This document shows positions 10,351 to 21,171 of a stretch of DNA of 64,000 nucleotides, piece after piece. A program made the position numbers and the translations under genes. The notes below the pieces were generated by a model. It had not been told where the DNA came from and made no database searches. It saw nothing but the letters and a program-made list of their open reading frames with translations. Position 1 is the stretch's first letter. Each line of letters starts with the position of its first letter. Origin of the DNA: Bacilli bacterium (GTDB taxonomy: Bacteria > Bacillota_I > Bacilli_A > RF39 > UBA660); the NCBI GenBank assembly GCA_017438635.1, contig JAFRUZ010000011.1, forward strand, positions 74,357 to 138,356. Reading direction: 5' to 3'.

Positions 10351-11568
10351 ATCATTACTATACTTTCTCAATAAAGTAGAATAATCATAACCATTTACTT
10401 TATATTCTTTAAGTTTACTATTTGAATAACCTAGTATATAAATACTATCATCTTTTAAATAAATATGACTATAAAAATCGTTTTTATTACCTCTTATAAA
10501 ATCAGATTCTTTTTCATATAAATCTTTATCATATTTAACTATCACTGCATCACTACTCATAGCACCATATTTAGGTTCTCCAGTATAACCACAAACGATA
10601 ATATTATTATCATTATCTACTTCTATATCATTGAAATAATTTATATCACTACTTGTATATTTAACATTATCGACTTCTTTTAATTTAGAATTAAATTCTA
10701 CTATAGCAGCACTATAATTACTCAGTTCTTTTGGATTAACTACTTTTGTAGTAGCTACCACATAGTTATCACCTTTTTTAGCTATACCGTTAATACCACT
10801 TTTATCAGTATATCCAAATGAACCTGAACTAATTTTATTACCTTTTTTATCATATTTAATAATAATACCAGAATTAGCTTTACCAAGACCTGCTACTACA
10901 TAATAATCTTTTTCAATTATAAAATCATTAAAAGATCCACTATAAGGTCCACCATTGTTAACTCTTAATTTTTCTTTACCATCTTTATCATATTTTAAAA
11001 GTATTCCTCCGCCAGTAGTGTGATTACCAATATAACCATCACTATATACAGAAGTACCTACTACTACAATATCGTCACCATCTAGTTTTACTCTTTTAAA
11101 TTCTGTTTTTTCTAAAATACTTAAATTCTTTCTCCACAATAGTTTAAGATTTTCATCATATTTTGCAATTACTGCTTCAGACATTTTTTCTTCATGTTGT
11201 TTCTTAGTCATTTCCATCCTTCCAACAGCAATATATCCATCACTAGTTTTTACTACATCGTTATATCTTCCTGCAATACCTTTAAGAACTCCAACTTCCT
11301 TTACAATTTCTCCATTTTCTATTTCAAAGATTGTTGCCTTTTCATAACCTTCATCATATTTATTAAATTTGCTATATCTATAATCACTAGAACCTACTCC
11401 AATATAATTATTTTCATTTTCTAAAACAACACTATTAATTACTGTATAAAAAGTAGATTCCTTTCTATTAAGATATATTTTAACTCCAAAATAAATAAGT
11501 TCTCCTACCAAAACAAGAACCAATATAATTATTATAATTCTATAAATTAACTTTTGTTTATCTGTCAT
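10342..11568 (-). CDS. Membrane-anchored repeat protein (beta-propeller-like KYD(K/E)xG repeats), hypothetical
   Basis: Strong RBS AAGGAGGG before MTDKQ. It has one N-terminal TM helix and repeated …GY/IKYDK.G… blades. Confidence 0.5.
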   Translation of the reverse strand: MTDKQKLIYRIIIIILVLVLVGELIYFGVKIYLNRKESTFYTVINSVVLENENNYIGVGSSDYRYSKFNKYDEGYEKATIFEIENGEIVKEVGVLKGIAGRYNDVVKTSDGYIAVGRMEMTKKQHEEKMSEAVIAKYDENLKLLWRKNLSILEKTEFKRVKLDGDDIVVVGTSVYSDGYIGNHTTGGGILLKYDKDGKEKLRVNNGGPYSGSFNDFIIEKDYYVVAGLGKANSGIIIKYDKKGNKISSGSFGYTDKSGINGIAKKGDNYVVATTKVVNPKELSNYSAAIVEFNSKLKEVDNVKYTSSDINYFNDIEVDNDNNIIVCGYTGEPKYGAMSSDAVIVKYDKDLYEKESDFIRGNKNDFYSHIYLKDDSIYILGYSNSKLKEYKVNGYDYSTLLRKYSNDLK

Positions 11569-11648
11569 ATTACCCTCCTTAAAAAAAACAGTGTGACACA
11601 TATAATATGTTATCACACTATTCTTAAAGTTTCAATTCATATAAATAA

Positions 11649-12068
11649 TTATTTTTCTTCTTTTTTAGCAGTTTTCTTATCTTTACCTTCAAGTTTTTTA
11701 GTTATTTCTTTTGTTGCTTTTATAGCAGATTTTCTAAGATCTTCAATTGAAGATTCAACTACTGGAGTAGCTTTATCTTTAGCAAGTTTTGCAAGTTCTT
11801 CAGTTTTCTTTTTGATAGCTTCAGCTTTTTCTTTTGCAAGATCTAATGCTTTTTCTTTATCTAAATCTTTAAGTTCAGCACTTATTTCTCCGATTTTAGC
11901 TTCGATATCATTTTTAACTTCTCCGTAATCAACTTCTTTTAACTTTTTGCACATTTCATCGAATTTCTTAGATAAATCCTTTCTCATTTCTTCTCCAGTT
12001 TTAGGGGCTACTAAAAGTCCTATACCTAAACCCGCTAAAACTCCTGCTAATAAACTTCCTTTTTTCAT
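11649..12068 (-). CDS. YtxH-like general stress protein
   Basis: N-terminus MKKGSLLAGVLAGLGIGLLVAPKTGEEMRKDL followed by a K/E-rich helical segment. Confidence 0.6.
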   Translation of the reverse strand: MKKGSLLAGVLAGLGIGLLVAPKTGEEMRKDLSKKFDEMCKKLKEVDYGEVKNDIEAKIGEISAELKDLDKEKALDLAKEKAEAIKKKTEELAKLAKDKATPVVESSIEDLRKSAIKATKEITKKLEGKDKKTAKKEEK

Positions 12069-12079
12069 ATTATCCCTCC

Positions 12080-12346
12080 TTAATTATCTTTCTTAAATAC
12101 TTTATCTACTAATGAAAGTGTTTTTCCTACTACTGCTTCTCCAACACTAGATACAGCATCTGATACTGTATCAATTGCAGTAAACACCCCGTTAACACTT
12201 TTTAGCTTTTTTTCTACATCATCCAGTATTATATTCATCCTATCTGTAGTATTAATTAATTTTACGCAAACAATTATTAAAAATACCACTAATACTGAAG
12301 TAAGTGTAAGTAATACTGTTACTAAAACTTCATTTGCTCCTGTCAT
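12080..12346 (-). CDS. DUF948 (YtxG-like) membrane protein
   Basis: An 88-aa protein with one TM helix plus a helical segment, sitting in the position of ytxG next to ytxH. Confidence 0.55.
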   Translation of the reverse strand: MTGANEVLVTVLLTLTSVLVVFLIIVCVKLINTTDRMNIILDDVEKKLKSVNGVFTAIDTVSDAVSSVGEAVVGKTLSLVDKVFKKDN

Positions 12347-12361
12347 CTTTATTCCTCCTTA

Positions 12362-13330
12362 TTATTCCTTTGATTCATACATCATATCGATTAAATCATA
12401 TAGATTCTTTTCATCAGGTTCTTCTGTTTCTTCCTCTACATCTAAATCTTTAATATTTTTAACTTTCTTTATCTCTTTAGCAGTTTTAGGTTTTAATTGT
12501 TCTTTAGTTATTTCAAGATCTTTTGTAGAACCTAATTTATGTTCTTTTGTATTTTCTAAATCTATATTGATTTCATCAAGAGTATCTTCTTTAACATCTT
12601 CTACTTTTTTCTTTCCTTTAATGATTGGTGCAGAATTCTCTTTAGCACTATCTTTATAATCCACGTTATATTCAAGTCCTAAATCATCAAAATACTCTTC
12701 AGCATCTCCAAGAGTTATCTTAGATATTGCAGGTGATTCATCTTGTTTCATTTCATATAGAAGTCCTAAATCGTCATCTTCCTCTACATTCTTTTCTGTA
12801 GGTGTTACACCATATGCTTTTTGTCTAACAGCATCTACTGTTACAGTTTCTTTCTTTTCTTTTGCAAACATTTCATTGAAAGAAGAAAGTTCTTCATTTC
12901 TAGGTTGTTCCAAAACAGGACTAACTCCTACAAAGCCATATACTGGAGATATAATTGGAGATGGTTTAAACTTTTCTTTTTGTTTATCATCTTTATATCC
13001 AGAATATAAAGGCCTCTTAACATCTTCTTTAACTACTTCTTTTTTCGGAGTAATAGGAATATCATCTTCCATGATAAAATCGTCCTCATCAAAAATCATT
13101 GGTGTCACACGATGTTCTCTTTTTGGAAGAATTGGTTTTTTCTCCTCTACTACCTCTTCTTTTGGAAGTTCAATTCTTTTAGGTATCGTTTTTTCAATAT
13201 CAATTTTCTTAACAACATCATCTTTAAACGTATCAACAATTGGTTTTTCCTTTACTTCACCAATTACTTCTGTTTCTTCAATTTCATCTTCTTCGAAAAT
13301 TGAATTTTTAATCTTATCCCACAATTTCAT
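12362..13330 (-). CDS. Acidic K/E/D-rich low-complexity protein, hypothetical
   Basis: Long ORF co-directional with the ytxG/ytxH-like genes. The ORFs on the opposite strand look spurious. Confidence 0.45.
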   Translation of the reverse strand: MKLWDKIKNSIFEEDEIEETEVIGEVKEKPIVDTFKDDVVKKIDIEKTIPKRIELPKEEVVEEKKPILPKREHRVTPMIFDEDDFIMEDDIPITPKKEVVKEDVKRPLYSGYKDDKQKEKFKPSPIISPVYGFVGVSPVLEQPRNEELSSFNEMFAKEKKETVTVDAVRQKAYGVTPTEKNVEEDDDLGLLYEMKQDESPAISKITLGDAEEYFDDLGLEYNVDYKDSAKENSAPIIKGKKKVEDVKEDTLDEINIDLENTKEHKLGSTKDLEITKEQLKPKTAKEIKKVKNIKDLDVEEETEEPDEKNLYDLIDMMYESKE

Positions 13331-13342
13331 ATTATCACCTCT

Positions 13343-14056
13343 TTAGTCTGAAGACTCCATTTTGATAGTATCTTCATCGATATTGGATTCTTGTTCTTTA
13401 TACTCCCCATATTCTTCTACATATTTTAAGAAATTATCTGTTTTATTCTTAGGGCCAAGAAGTTCAAATAATTCAGAGTCATATACTAATGCATTAGAAC
13501 CTATCATACTGTCTATTATTTTATAATTGTAAGTTATACTTTTTAAAACTAACAAACTATTTGCAATAGCTTTCTTTACATTATTAGTAACTACCTCTAT
13601 TTTAGCATAATTATACATTACTTCAACTAAATAACCACCCTTAGAATCACTAACTGTTACATAACCCTCTAAATCATTATAATTTATATTTTTAGAATAC
13701 TTATAGTCATCAGTAGCAATATTATACTTATTTTGTTTTTTGTTATAAAAACTTATTAAATCTACATATAGATAATACTTATCACCATATGAGTATAAAA
13801 TATCGTTACCCTTCAAATCACCAATCACTGTCATATGATTAGGTATATATAGTTTATATCCTTCCATATATGTATTATCCTTATACGTATTATCCTTTAA
13901 GACGTTATCTATAATGCCATTATAATCTAAATCGCTTATGCTAGTGCATCCAGTAAGAGCAAAAAGAATAACTGCGAATAATAAAATTTTTTTCAAACAA
14001 TTCACCTCTTTTATTATATCAGATGATATCTTATTTTTCATCTTTTTTGACTGCAC
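13343..14056 (-). CDS. Lipoprotein, hypothetical
   Basis: Signal peptide with the lipobox LTGC (…FAVILFALTGCTSIS). Confidence 0.5.
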   Translation of the reverse strand: MQSKKMKNKISSDIIKEVNCLKKILLFAVILFALTGCTSISDLDYNGIIDNVLKDNTYKDNTYMEGYKLYIPNHMTVIGDLKGNDILYSYGDKYYLYVDLISFYNKKQNKYNIATDDYKYSKNINYNDLEGYVTVSDSKGGYLVEVMYNYAKIEVVTNNVKKAIANSLLVLKSITYNYKIIDSMIGSNALVYDSELFELLGPKNKTDNFLKYVEEYGEYKEQESNIDEDTIKMESSD

Positions 14057-14675
14057 TTAACATATAAATTTTGCATCCTTTTTTAGAAAACTTTTCTTCA
14101 TATTCAGTCATAATATTATTATAATCTTCTTTTTTATGTAAGTCTAGTGATAAATCAGTTATTTTATAACCATAATTAGAAAGAGAGACGATAGAATACT
14201 CAAATAAATTACTATTGTCAGTCTTCATAACAATCTTTTTATCACCTAAAAATATTATATCATACTTTTCCAAAAATCTAAAGTTTGTTAGTCTTCTTTT
14301 CTCATGTCTAGCTTTTGGCCATGGATCAGAGAAATTTAAATATAATGTATCTATCTCTTTATCAAATAAATCTTCTATTTTTAAAGCATCATAATTCATC
14401 AAATAAAGATTATTTAAAAAAGGCTTATTAGAAAGATCTTTTATTCCATAAGCAAGAACAGTATCTATTCTTTCTATACCTATAAAATTAATATTTGGAT
14501 TTTGTCTAGCTATTTCATATATAAAGTTACACTTACCTGTTCCAATCTCTAAATGTATTGGATTATTATTTTTAAACAAATCCTTCCATTTGCCTTTGTA
14601 AACAAGAGGATTATCTATTACATAACTACTATTATCAAGTATTTCTTTCTTGTTTTTAATATTCCTAACGCGCAT
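14031..14675 (-). CDS. trmB: tRNA (guanine46-N7)-methyltransferase
   Basis: HLEIGTGKCNF SAM-binding motif and DPWPKARHEKRRL motif. Confidence 0.85.
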   Translation of the reverse strand: MRVRNIKNKKEILDNSSYVIDNPLVYKGKWKDLFKNNNPIHLEIGTGKCNFIYEIARQNPNINFIGIERIDTVLAYGIKDLSNKPFLNNLYLMNYDALKIEDLFDKEIDTLYLNFSDPWPKARHEKRRLTNFRFLEKYDIIFLGDKKIVMKTDNSNLFEYSIVSLSNYGYKITDLSLDLHKKEDYNNIMTEYEEKFSKKGCKIYMLSAVKKDEK

Positions 14676-14761
14676 TTAACTCACCATTTATTATTATACA
14701 ATAGCCTAGTCAAAAAATAAATAATAGGCATACAATAAAAATAGAAAAAGGAGGAATACTA

Positions 14762-14956
14762 ATGCCTAATACACCACTTTTTAACTTTCAAAATCCTTAT
14801 GAAAACAATTTAACTCTTAATGCTTATTTAGAGATTCAAAACAAATTAAAAGAATTAGAAAAAAACATAAAGAGTTTAGAGTACCGTCTAAATGAGTTAG
14901 AACAAAATAAAAGCAATCAAGCATTTGAATATCAAACTAGTATGAATATGATGTGA
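14762..14956 (+). CDS. Small coiled-coil protein, hypothetical
   Basis: Strong RBS AAAGGAGG 8 nt upstream. It is tightly coupled to murE. Confidence 0.4.
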   Translation: MPNTPLFNFQNPYENNLTLNAYLEIQNKLKELEKNIKSLEYRLNELEQNKSNQAFEYQTSMNMM

Positions 14957-14957
14957 A

Positions 14958-16328
14958 ATGAATATAAAAAACAACTCTAAATATGTAAAGAAGAATGATA
15001 TTTTTATCTGTACTCATGACAGTTTGGAAGATAGACATAAATATATAAAAGATATAAAACAAGCCAGTGCAATTATTGTAGATAAAGATATAAATATTAA
15101 AAAAAATATACCTATAATAAAAGTTAATAATACTAATGACACTATGTTTCAAATATATAATGAGTATTATCAAAAACCATTAGAAAGCCTAAATATTATT
15201 GGTATTACAGGAACAGATGGAAAAACTACAACTGCCTACATAATAAATGAAATTATGAACTTAATAGATACTTCTGCCTATTTAGGAACATTAGGTTTTA
15301 TATATAAAAATAACAAAATAGATACTCCAAATACTACTGTAGAAATAAGTAAACTTTTAGAGTATGCATATGCTTTAAAAAAAGAAAACATAAAAAACTT
15401 AGTAATGGAAATATCAAGCGAAGGATTACTTCATAATAGATGTAATAATATAAACCTAAAAAGAGCTATTATAACTAATATAACAGGAGATCATTTAAAT
15501 GTTCATAAAACATTTGAAAATTATCTAAACTCAAAATTAAAAATAATAGATCTTTTACAAGAAAAAGTACTAATTACTAATATTGATGATATCTCTTATG
15601 AATATATCAAAAATAAAAGTAAACAAAAAAGAATAAAAGTAATAACCTATGGTCTTCATAAAAAAGCAGATTATCAAATAAGATATTATAGATTAACTAA
15701 TCAAAAAACACATTTTACATTAAAACATAAAAATAAAGAATATAGTATAGAAAGTCCTCTACTTGGTAAATTTAATATCTATAATCTAACTGCAGCGATT
15801 ATAACTATTAATTCACTAGGAATAGATACAGAAAAAATAATAGAATTAATAAAAAAAATAAAACCTATTCCAGGAAGAATGAATACTTTTATAACAAATA
15901 AAGGCTCAAATATTATACTAGATTATGCACATACTATAAACGCTACCAAAAGTGTACTTGAGTTTGCTAATCAAACAAAAAAAGGAAAAATTATCACTGT
16001 TGTAGGATGTGCTGGCGGAAGAGAAAAAGAAAAAAGAAAAGAAATTGGAAAACTTGTAACAGAACTATCAGATAAAGTAATATTTACTATGGATGACCCA
16101 AGATATGAAAAAGTAAAAGATATAGTTAATGATATGTTAAAAGAAGTAAATGTAGATAATTACTTCTATATAAAAAATAGAAAAAGTGCTATAAAAGAAG
16201 CTATAACACTTGCTAATAAAAATGATACAATTCTAATACTAGGAAAAGGTACAGATAATTATATGGCTATTAAAAACAAATATAAAAAATATAACGATTT
16301 AAACACAATAAAAAAATATACAAAATAA
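14958..16328 (+). CDS. murE: Mur ligase family, UDP-N-acetylmuramoyl-tripeptide synthetase (MurE-like)
   Basis: P-loop GITGTDGKTTT and an ITNITGDHLN (DHLD) motif. The length of about 456 aa fits the family. Confidence 0.75.
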   Translation: MNIKNNSKYVKKNDIFICTHDSLEDRHKYIKDIKQASAIIVDKDINIKKNIPIIKVNNTNDTMFQIYNEYYQKPLESLNIIGITGTDGKTTTAYIINEIMNLIDTSAYLGTLGFIYKNNKIDTPNTTVEISKLLEYAYALKKENIKNLVMEISSEGLLHNRCNNINLKRAIITNITGDHLNVHKTFENYLNSKLKIIDLLQEKVLITNIDDISYEYIKNKSKQKRIKVITYGLHKKADYQIRYYRLTNQKTHFTLKHKNKEYSIESPLLGKFNIYNLTAAIITINSLGIDTEKIIELIKKIKPIPGRMNTFITNKGSNIILDYAHTINATKSVLEFANQTKKGKIITVVGCAGGREKEKRKEIGKLVTELSDKVIFTMDDPRYEKVKDIVNDMLKEVNVDNYFYIKNRKSAIKEAITLANKNDTILILGKGTDNYMAIKNKYKKYNDLNTIKKYTK

Positions 16329-16338
16329 TGTATATTTT

Positions 16339-16854
16339 TTATATATCTAACTCTTCCAAAAAGTTTTCACCTTTTTGAACTTCATGTCTTATTAAATCTC
16401 TATAATCTTGTTGTCTTAATACTTCATAAACTACTATTGCAACACAATTAGATAAATTAAGACTTCTTAAATCTTCAGTCATAGGTATTCTCATACAATG
16501 ATCTAAATTATCTTTTAATATTTTCTTATCTATTCCACTCGATTCTTTTCCAAATATTAAATAGATGTTTTCCTCTTTATTACTATAATCAAAATCAGAA
16601 TGAGGTTTCTTACCATATCTAGTAAAGAAATAATAAGTACCCGGATTCTTACTTTTAAAATCTTCATAGTTTTCATAAACTTCATAATCTAACTTATCTA
16701 TATAATTAGCACCACTTCTTTTTATACTCTTTTCATCCAGAGAAAAACCAAGTGGTTTAATAAGATGTAACTTAGAGCCAGTTCCTACACAAGTTCTCAT
16801 AATATTTCCTGTATTCTGAGGAATTTCAGGTTCAAATAAAACAACATTAATCAT
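16339..16854 (-). CDS. trmL: tRNA (cytidine/uridine-2'-O)-methyltransferase, SpoU/TrmL family
   Basis: MINVVLFEPEIPQNTGNIMRTC… matches the SpoU-class TrmL/CspR family. Confidence 0.8.
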   Translation of the reverse strand: MINVVLFEPEIPQNTGNIMRTCVGTGSKLHLIKPLGFSLDEKSIKRSGANYIDKLDYEVYENYEDFKSKNPGTYYFFTRYGKKPHSDFDYSNKEENIYLIFGKESSGIDKKILKDNLDHCMRIPMTEDLRSLNLSNCVAIVVYEVLRQQDYRDLIRHEVQKGENFLEELDI

Positions 16855-17375
16855 AGTTCATAGCCTTCTAAAAAAGTATCTACATCATCTATAGTAAGTT
16901 TAGTTTTTCCATTTGAACTTAGTACATCTACTATTTTAGAATCATTAAATATTAAAAGTGTTGGATACTCATATACTTTTTTTACTAGAGTATCACTTTT
17001 ATATTTATCATAAACTCTATTTAAAAGATTATTCTCATCACTATTATAGCCTAAATTAAGATACATAATATCTTCTGATAAATTATGTTCTTTTATATAA
17101 TTTACAAATTTCTTTTCAAAGTTTCTACAAATAGATTCATCTGTAGTACACATATACATAATAACCATATCTCTTTCAGCAAGTACAGTATTTAAGTTGT
17201 TATACTCTACTTCTCTTAAAGTAGACGTAATAATTGGAGTATTGATTTTAGATCTATTATATTGTCCTAGCCAAGAGAACAAATAAACAAAGAACAACAC
17301 AGTTAGTATAACTATAACTCCAAGTAAAAAATAGTTTTTAGTAGGTATTTCCTTTTTCGAATCTTTATTACTCAT
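16851..17375 (-). CDS. Membrane-anchored protein (possible thioredoxin-like fold), hypothetical
   Basis: N-terminal TM helix. It overlaps trmL by 4 nt. Confidence 0.45.
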   Translation of the reverse strand: MSNKDSKKEIPTKNYFLLGVIVILTVLFFVYLFSWLGQYNRSKINTPIITSTLREVEYNNLNTVLAERDMVIMYMCTTDESICRNFEKKFVNYIKEHNLSEDIMYLNLGYNSDENNLLNRVYDKYKSDTLVKKVYEYPTLLIFNDSKIVDVLSSNGKTKLTIDDVDTFLEGYEL

Positions 17376-17404
17376 AATACCACCTCATTTTAATTATATT
17401 CTAT

Positions 17405-17447
17405 CATATGTAAAATAAAAAGGAAATAGTTATTTAACTATTCCTTT
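17405..17447 (-). terminator. Intrinsic terminator of thrS (AGGAATAGTTAAATAACTATTTCCT followed by a U-run)
   Basis: Long hairpin overlapping the thrS stop codon, followed by TTTTTATTTT on the minus strand. Confidence 0.6.
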
Positions 17448-19199
17448 TGTCTCTGCTTCTTTTTTTACCTTTTTAATAAACTTATCTAAATCAATCGTAG
17501 TAGTTTCTTCTTCACCATGTAATCTGAAACTTACAGTTCTAGCATCAACTTCTTTTTGACCAAGTATTAGATTATATGGATATTTTTTTATTTGAGCTTC
17601 TCTCATTTTATAACTAAGCTTTTCATCTCTATCATCTAATACTACTCTTAAACCTTTTTCCTTTAAAAGTTCTACTACTTCTTTAGCATAATCTAAATGA
17701 TAGTTATTATTTACAGGTATTACATTAATACCAATTGGTGCAAGCCAAAGTGGTAAATTACCTTTTGTTTCTTCAAGTAAGAAAGCTATAAATCTATCAA
17801 GTGAACCAAGAATAGCTCTGTGAATAACAATTGGTGTCTTTTTACTTCCGTCTTGATCTATATATGTTAAATCAAATCTTTTAGGTAACAAGAAATCAAG
17901 TTGAATTGTAGGAATTGCTACTTCATTACCTACTGCAGGTTTAATAAGTATATCAAGTTTTGGTCCATAAAACGCTGCTTCTCCAACACCTTCTTCATAT
18001 GGAATACCGATATCATCAAGTACTTTTCTTAATGATGATTCAGCTGTATCCCACATATCATCATCTTGATAATACTTTACTTTATCTTCAGGATCTCTTA
18101 AAGATAATCTAAACTTATGCTTAGTTATATCAATATCAAAATCTTTATATACATCAATTGTTAAATCTAATACACCCTTGAATTCTTCTCCTATTTGTTC
18201 TGGTGTAACAAATATATGTGAATCATTTTGAGTAAAGCATCTAGGACGTTCAATACCTTTTACTGCTCCTGCTGCTTCATATCTAAAATCATTAGCTACT
18301 TCTGCTATTTTTAATGGTAAATCTCTATAAGAATGAAGTTTGTTACCATAGATTACCATATGATGAGGACAATTCATTGGACGAAGTACATATTCTTCAT
18401 CATCTAACTTCATTGACGGAAACATATCATCTTTATAATGATCCCAGTGTCCACTTGTTTTGTATAACTCAACATTCCCTAAATCTGGGGTATGAACATG
18501 TAAATAACCATTAGCCACTTCCTTTTCAGTTATATAGTTTTGAATTATTCTCCAAAGAGTATATCCATTTGGAAGCCATAGTGGTAACCCTTTACCTACT
18601 AAATCATCTGTCATGAATATTTCAAGGTCTTTACCAATCTTTCTATGATCTCTTTCTTTAGCTTCTTCAAGTTCTTTTAAATGTGCTTCTAAATCTTCAG
18701 GATTTTCAAAACAAATACCATATATTCTTTGAAGCATTTTGTTTTTAGAATCACCTTTCCAATAAGCACCACTTGTTTTTAAAAGTTTAAAATGTTTCAA
18801 AGCCCGAGTAGATTCAACATGAGGTCCACGACAAAGATCTGTAAAATCTCCTTGTGTATACATAGAAATAACAGTATCATCTTCATCCATTCTTGATATT
18901 AAATCAACTTTATATGGGTCGTCTTTAAAACGATCAAGCGCTTCTTTTTTAGATATTTCTTCTCTAACTATTCTTTTATTATCTTTAGCACATTTTTTCA
19001 TTTCTCTTTCTATTTTTTCTAGGGCATCTTCAGAAATAACTTCATCTCCAAGATCTATATCATAATAGAATCCTTCTTCAATAACTGGTCCTACCCAAAA
19101 CTTAGCATTTGGATATAAATGTTTCACTGCTTGTGCAAGAAGATGTGCACAACTGTGGTTTAAAGTGTTTAAACTTTCATTCTCTTTAATATTAATCAT
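17430..19199 (-). CDS. thrS: Threonine--tRNA ligase (lacks the N-terminal TGS domain)
   Basis: 589 aa. It begins at the N2/editing domain (…[11 protein letters not shown]…), followed by the class II catalytic core and a C-terminal anticodon-binding domain. Confidence 0.95.
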   Translation of the reverse strand: MINIKENESLNTLNHSCAHLLAQAVKHLYPNAKFWVGPVIEEGFYYDIDLGDEVISEDALEKIEREMKKCAKDNKRIVREEISKKEALDRFKDDPYKVDLISRMDEDDTVISMYTQGDFTDLCRGPHVESTRALKHFKLLKTSGAYWKGDSKNKMLQRIYGICFENPEDLEAHLKELEEAKERDHRKIGKDLEIFMTDDLVGKGLPLWLPNGYTLWRIIQNYITEKEVANGYLHVHTPDLGNVELYKTSGHWDHYKDDMFPSMKLDDEEYVLRPMNCPHHMVIYGNKLHSYRDLPLKIAEVANDFRYEAAGAVKGIERPRCFTQNDSHIFVTPEQIGEEFKGVLDLTIDVYKDFDIDITKHKFRLSLRDPEDKVKYYQDDDMWDTAESSLRKVLDDIGIPYEEGVGEAAFYGPKLDILIKPAVGNEVAIPTIQLDFLLPKRFDLTYIDQDGSKKTPIVIHRAILGSLDRFIAFLLEETKGNLPLWLAPIGINVIPVNNNYHLDYAKEVVELLKEKGLRVVLDDRDEKLSYKMREAQIKKYPYNLILGQKEVDARTVSFRLHGEEETTTIDLDKFIKKVKKEAETKGIVK

Positions 19200-19203
19200 A
19201 TTA

Positions 19204-19674
19204 TCATTCCTTTCTAAAATCTTTTTTTCTTATTTTCCCATTTGAATGTTTTTCAGTACCTTCTCTTTTATGTAACTCTTTTATTATTATTTTTTTTGTC
19301 TTATCATCTTTTGCTTTTTTACAAATTTTAATAAGCTCAGTAAGTTCATGATTACTATAATCTGTTATATCTTCAATTTCTATATTGGGTTTTTCATCAA
19401 AAGTAATCATCATAGTAGAAGGATTTTCTAAATATGAATCACTAGTTTTAATATATGGTTTTTTGTATCCTAAAACTTTACCTTCGATATCCTTAACTAA
19501 TATTATTTGACCAGTTGAAATGTTCTCAGTAGTTATTTCATTAATAGGAACAACTCCTAAATCTAATACATCACATATTTGTTCATGAGTTATTTTTTTA
19601 AGTACTTCTCCTTCAAAATTATAATAAATACTTAAAAATTTACTTAAACTTATCACATAATCCTGAACATTCAT
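19204..19674 (-). CDS. Hypothetical 156-aa protein encoded between the T-box leader and thrS
   Basis: RBS AAAGGAGGG before MNVQDYV. It lies 4 nt upstream of the thrS ATG and immediately downstream of the T-box terminator. Confidence 0.5.
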   Translation of the reverse strand: MNVQDYVISLSKFLSIYYNFEGEVLKKITHEQICDVLDLGVVPINEITTENISTGQIILVKDIEGKVLGYKKPYIKTSDSYLENPSTMMITFDEKPNIEIEDITDYSNHELTELIKICKKAKDDKTKKIIIKELHKREGTEKHSNGKIRKKDFRKE

Positions 19675-19695
19675 GAATAACCCTCCTTTCATCAA

Positions 19696-19895
19696 AAGAA
19701 AAACGCCCCCTTACAAGGAGCGTTGTGCGCGGTACCATCCTACCTTTTACTTAATTTTTATAACGGAAACTCCGGCTTCTATTTATAGAAACACTCAAAG
19801 GTAGTAATAAATAATATGTTTACTAAGTTTCACCAACCCATAGTTCTCTACAAAAACACATTTATTTATCGTGTCCTTTTCTTCGCTTTTCATAT
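19696..19895 (-). promoter_or_regulatory. T-box riboswitch leader (threonine-type) controlling the ORF+thrS operon
   Basis: Minus-strand reading shows an AGAGA box and the T-box sequence AGGATGGTACCGCGC (plus-strand coordinates 19726-19740). The terminator is AACGCTCCttgtaagGGGGCGTT followed by UUUUUCUUUUG. An ACUACC (Thr codon) lies in the candidate specifier region near 19795-19805. Confidence 0.75.
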
Positions 19896-19896
19896 T

Positions 19897-19926
19897 TATT
19901 TTATGATTATTTTTATTAATTGTCAA
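19897..19926 (-). promoter_or_regulatory. Sigma-A-type promoter for the T-box leader (TTGACA, 17-bp spacer, TAAAAT)
   Basis: The -35 box TTGACA lies inside the 3' end of the upstream pncC-like gene. The spacing to -10 is canonical. Confidence 0.45.
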
Positions 19927-20401
19927 CATCTAATACTTCTAAAAGTTTTGTAGAAATATAATCTACTATTAGTTTTTTATTTAATTCTCTTGTTTTTTCA
20001 GTAGCATTTAAACTGTATTCATAAAATCTATCATTAGATTTATCATAAATACTAAAGAATACTTCTCCTACTACTCCAACAGGATTATTTGGGTCTTGTT
20101 TATTTATTTGACCTGTTACACCAACTCCATAATCAGAAGAAGTAAAACTTGATATAGCTTTAGCCATCTCTTTAGCAGTTTCAATACTATAAACAGTATA
20201 CTTATCTATAACATCAGAACTAACTCCCATTTTAATCTTATATTCATTTGAATAAGTAACTGCTCCGAAATGAAATATTTCACTAGAATTAGGAATACAA
20301 GTAATATCAGAAGCAAGTAATCCTCCCGTACATGATTCCATCGTAGAAATTGTTTTATTTTTTTCTAATAGTTTATTAACTATAATTTCAAAATTATTCA
20401 T
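19916..20401 (-). CDS. pncC: CinA-C-terminal-domain protein / NMN amidohydrolase (PncC-like)
   Basis: TMESCTGGLLA motif of the CinA_C family. Confidence 0.75.
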   Translation of the reverse strand: MNNFEIIVNKLLEKNKTISTMESCTGGLLASDITCIPNSSEIFHFGAVTYSNEYKIKMGVSSDVIDKYTVYSIETAKEMAKAISSFTSSDYGVGVTGQINKQDPNNPVGVVGEVFFSIYDKSNDRFYEYSLNATEKTRELNKKLIVDYISTKLLEVLDVDN

Positions 20402-20445
20402 TCTATCACTACCCTTTATAAAATTATAACATATTTTATTAAAAA

Positions 20446-21162
20446 TTACTTTAAACTCTTAAACACTTTTTCTATATCGTCATCAATAACAAGATCTGCC
20501 ATCTTATCATAGTTAGTAGTCATTTTATTAATTATAACTAAGTTTTTACCTCTGAAATAACTAATAAATCCAGAAGCAGGATATACAGTAAGAGAAGTAC
20601 CTGCAACAATTAAAAGATCACAGCTACTTATATATTTAACTGTATTACTTATAACATCACTATCTAAGGATTCTTCATATAAAACTACTTCAGGTTTAAT
20701 AATTCCGCCACATGTACATCTTGGTACACCATTACTATTAAAGACAATATCTTCATCGTAAAACTTATTACAATCCATACATCTATTTCTATAAATACTT
20801 CCATGAAGTTCAAGAACATTTTTACTCTTAGCTTTTTGATGTAATCCATCAATGTTTTGAGTTATTATTGCCTTTAATTTGCCCTTTTTTTCAAGTTCTG
20901 TTAAGTATAAATGACAACTATTAGGTAATTTATCTAAACAGTTCATTTTATCTTTATAAAATCTGTAAAACTCTTCTGTATTATTCATAAAGAAATGATG
21001 TGAAAGTATCTCTTCCGGAGGATAATCATATTGCATATTATAAAGTCCATCTTTGCTACGGAAATCTTTTATACCACTTGCAGTGCTAACTCCTGCTCCT
21101 CCGAAAAATACTATGTTATCTGAATCATCAATTAATTTTTGTAATTCTTTTATTTTATCCAT
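20446..21162 (-). CDS. cobB: NAD-dependent protein deacylase (Sir2/CobB sirtuin)
   Basis: FFGGAGVSTASGIKDFRS…GLY Rossmann/sirtuin motif and a zinc ribbon with C…C…C.C. Confidence 0.85.
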   Translation of the reverse strand: MDKIKELQKLIDDSDNIVFFGGAGVSTASGIKDFRSKDGLYNMQYDYPPEEILSHHFFMNNTEEFYRFYKDKMNCLDKLPNSCHLYLTELEKKGKLKAIITQNIDGLHQKAKSKNVLELHGSIYRNRCMDCNKFYDEDIVFNSNGVPRCTCGGIIKPEVVLYEESLDSDVISNTVKYISSCDLLIVAGTSLTVYPASGFISYFRGKNLVIINKMTTNYDKMADLVIDDDIEKVFKSLK

Positions 21163-21171
21163 ATACCCTCC

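Noticed and set aside
12821-13346. Three plus-strand ORFs (12821..13009, 12876..13346, 13112..13303) opposite the acidic K/E-rich gene
   Set aside because: They are mirror-image low-complexity Ser/Phe/Ile-rich translations of a K/E-rich coding strand. No start context was found.
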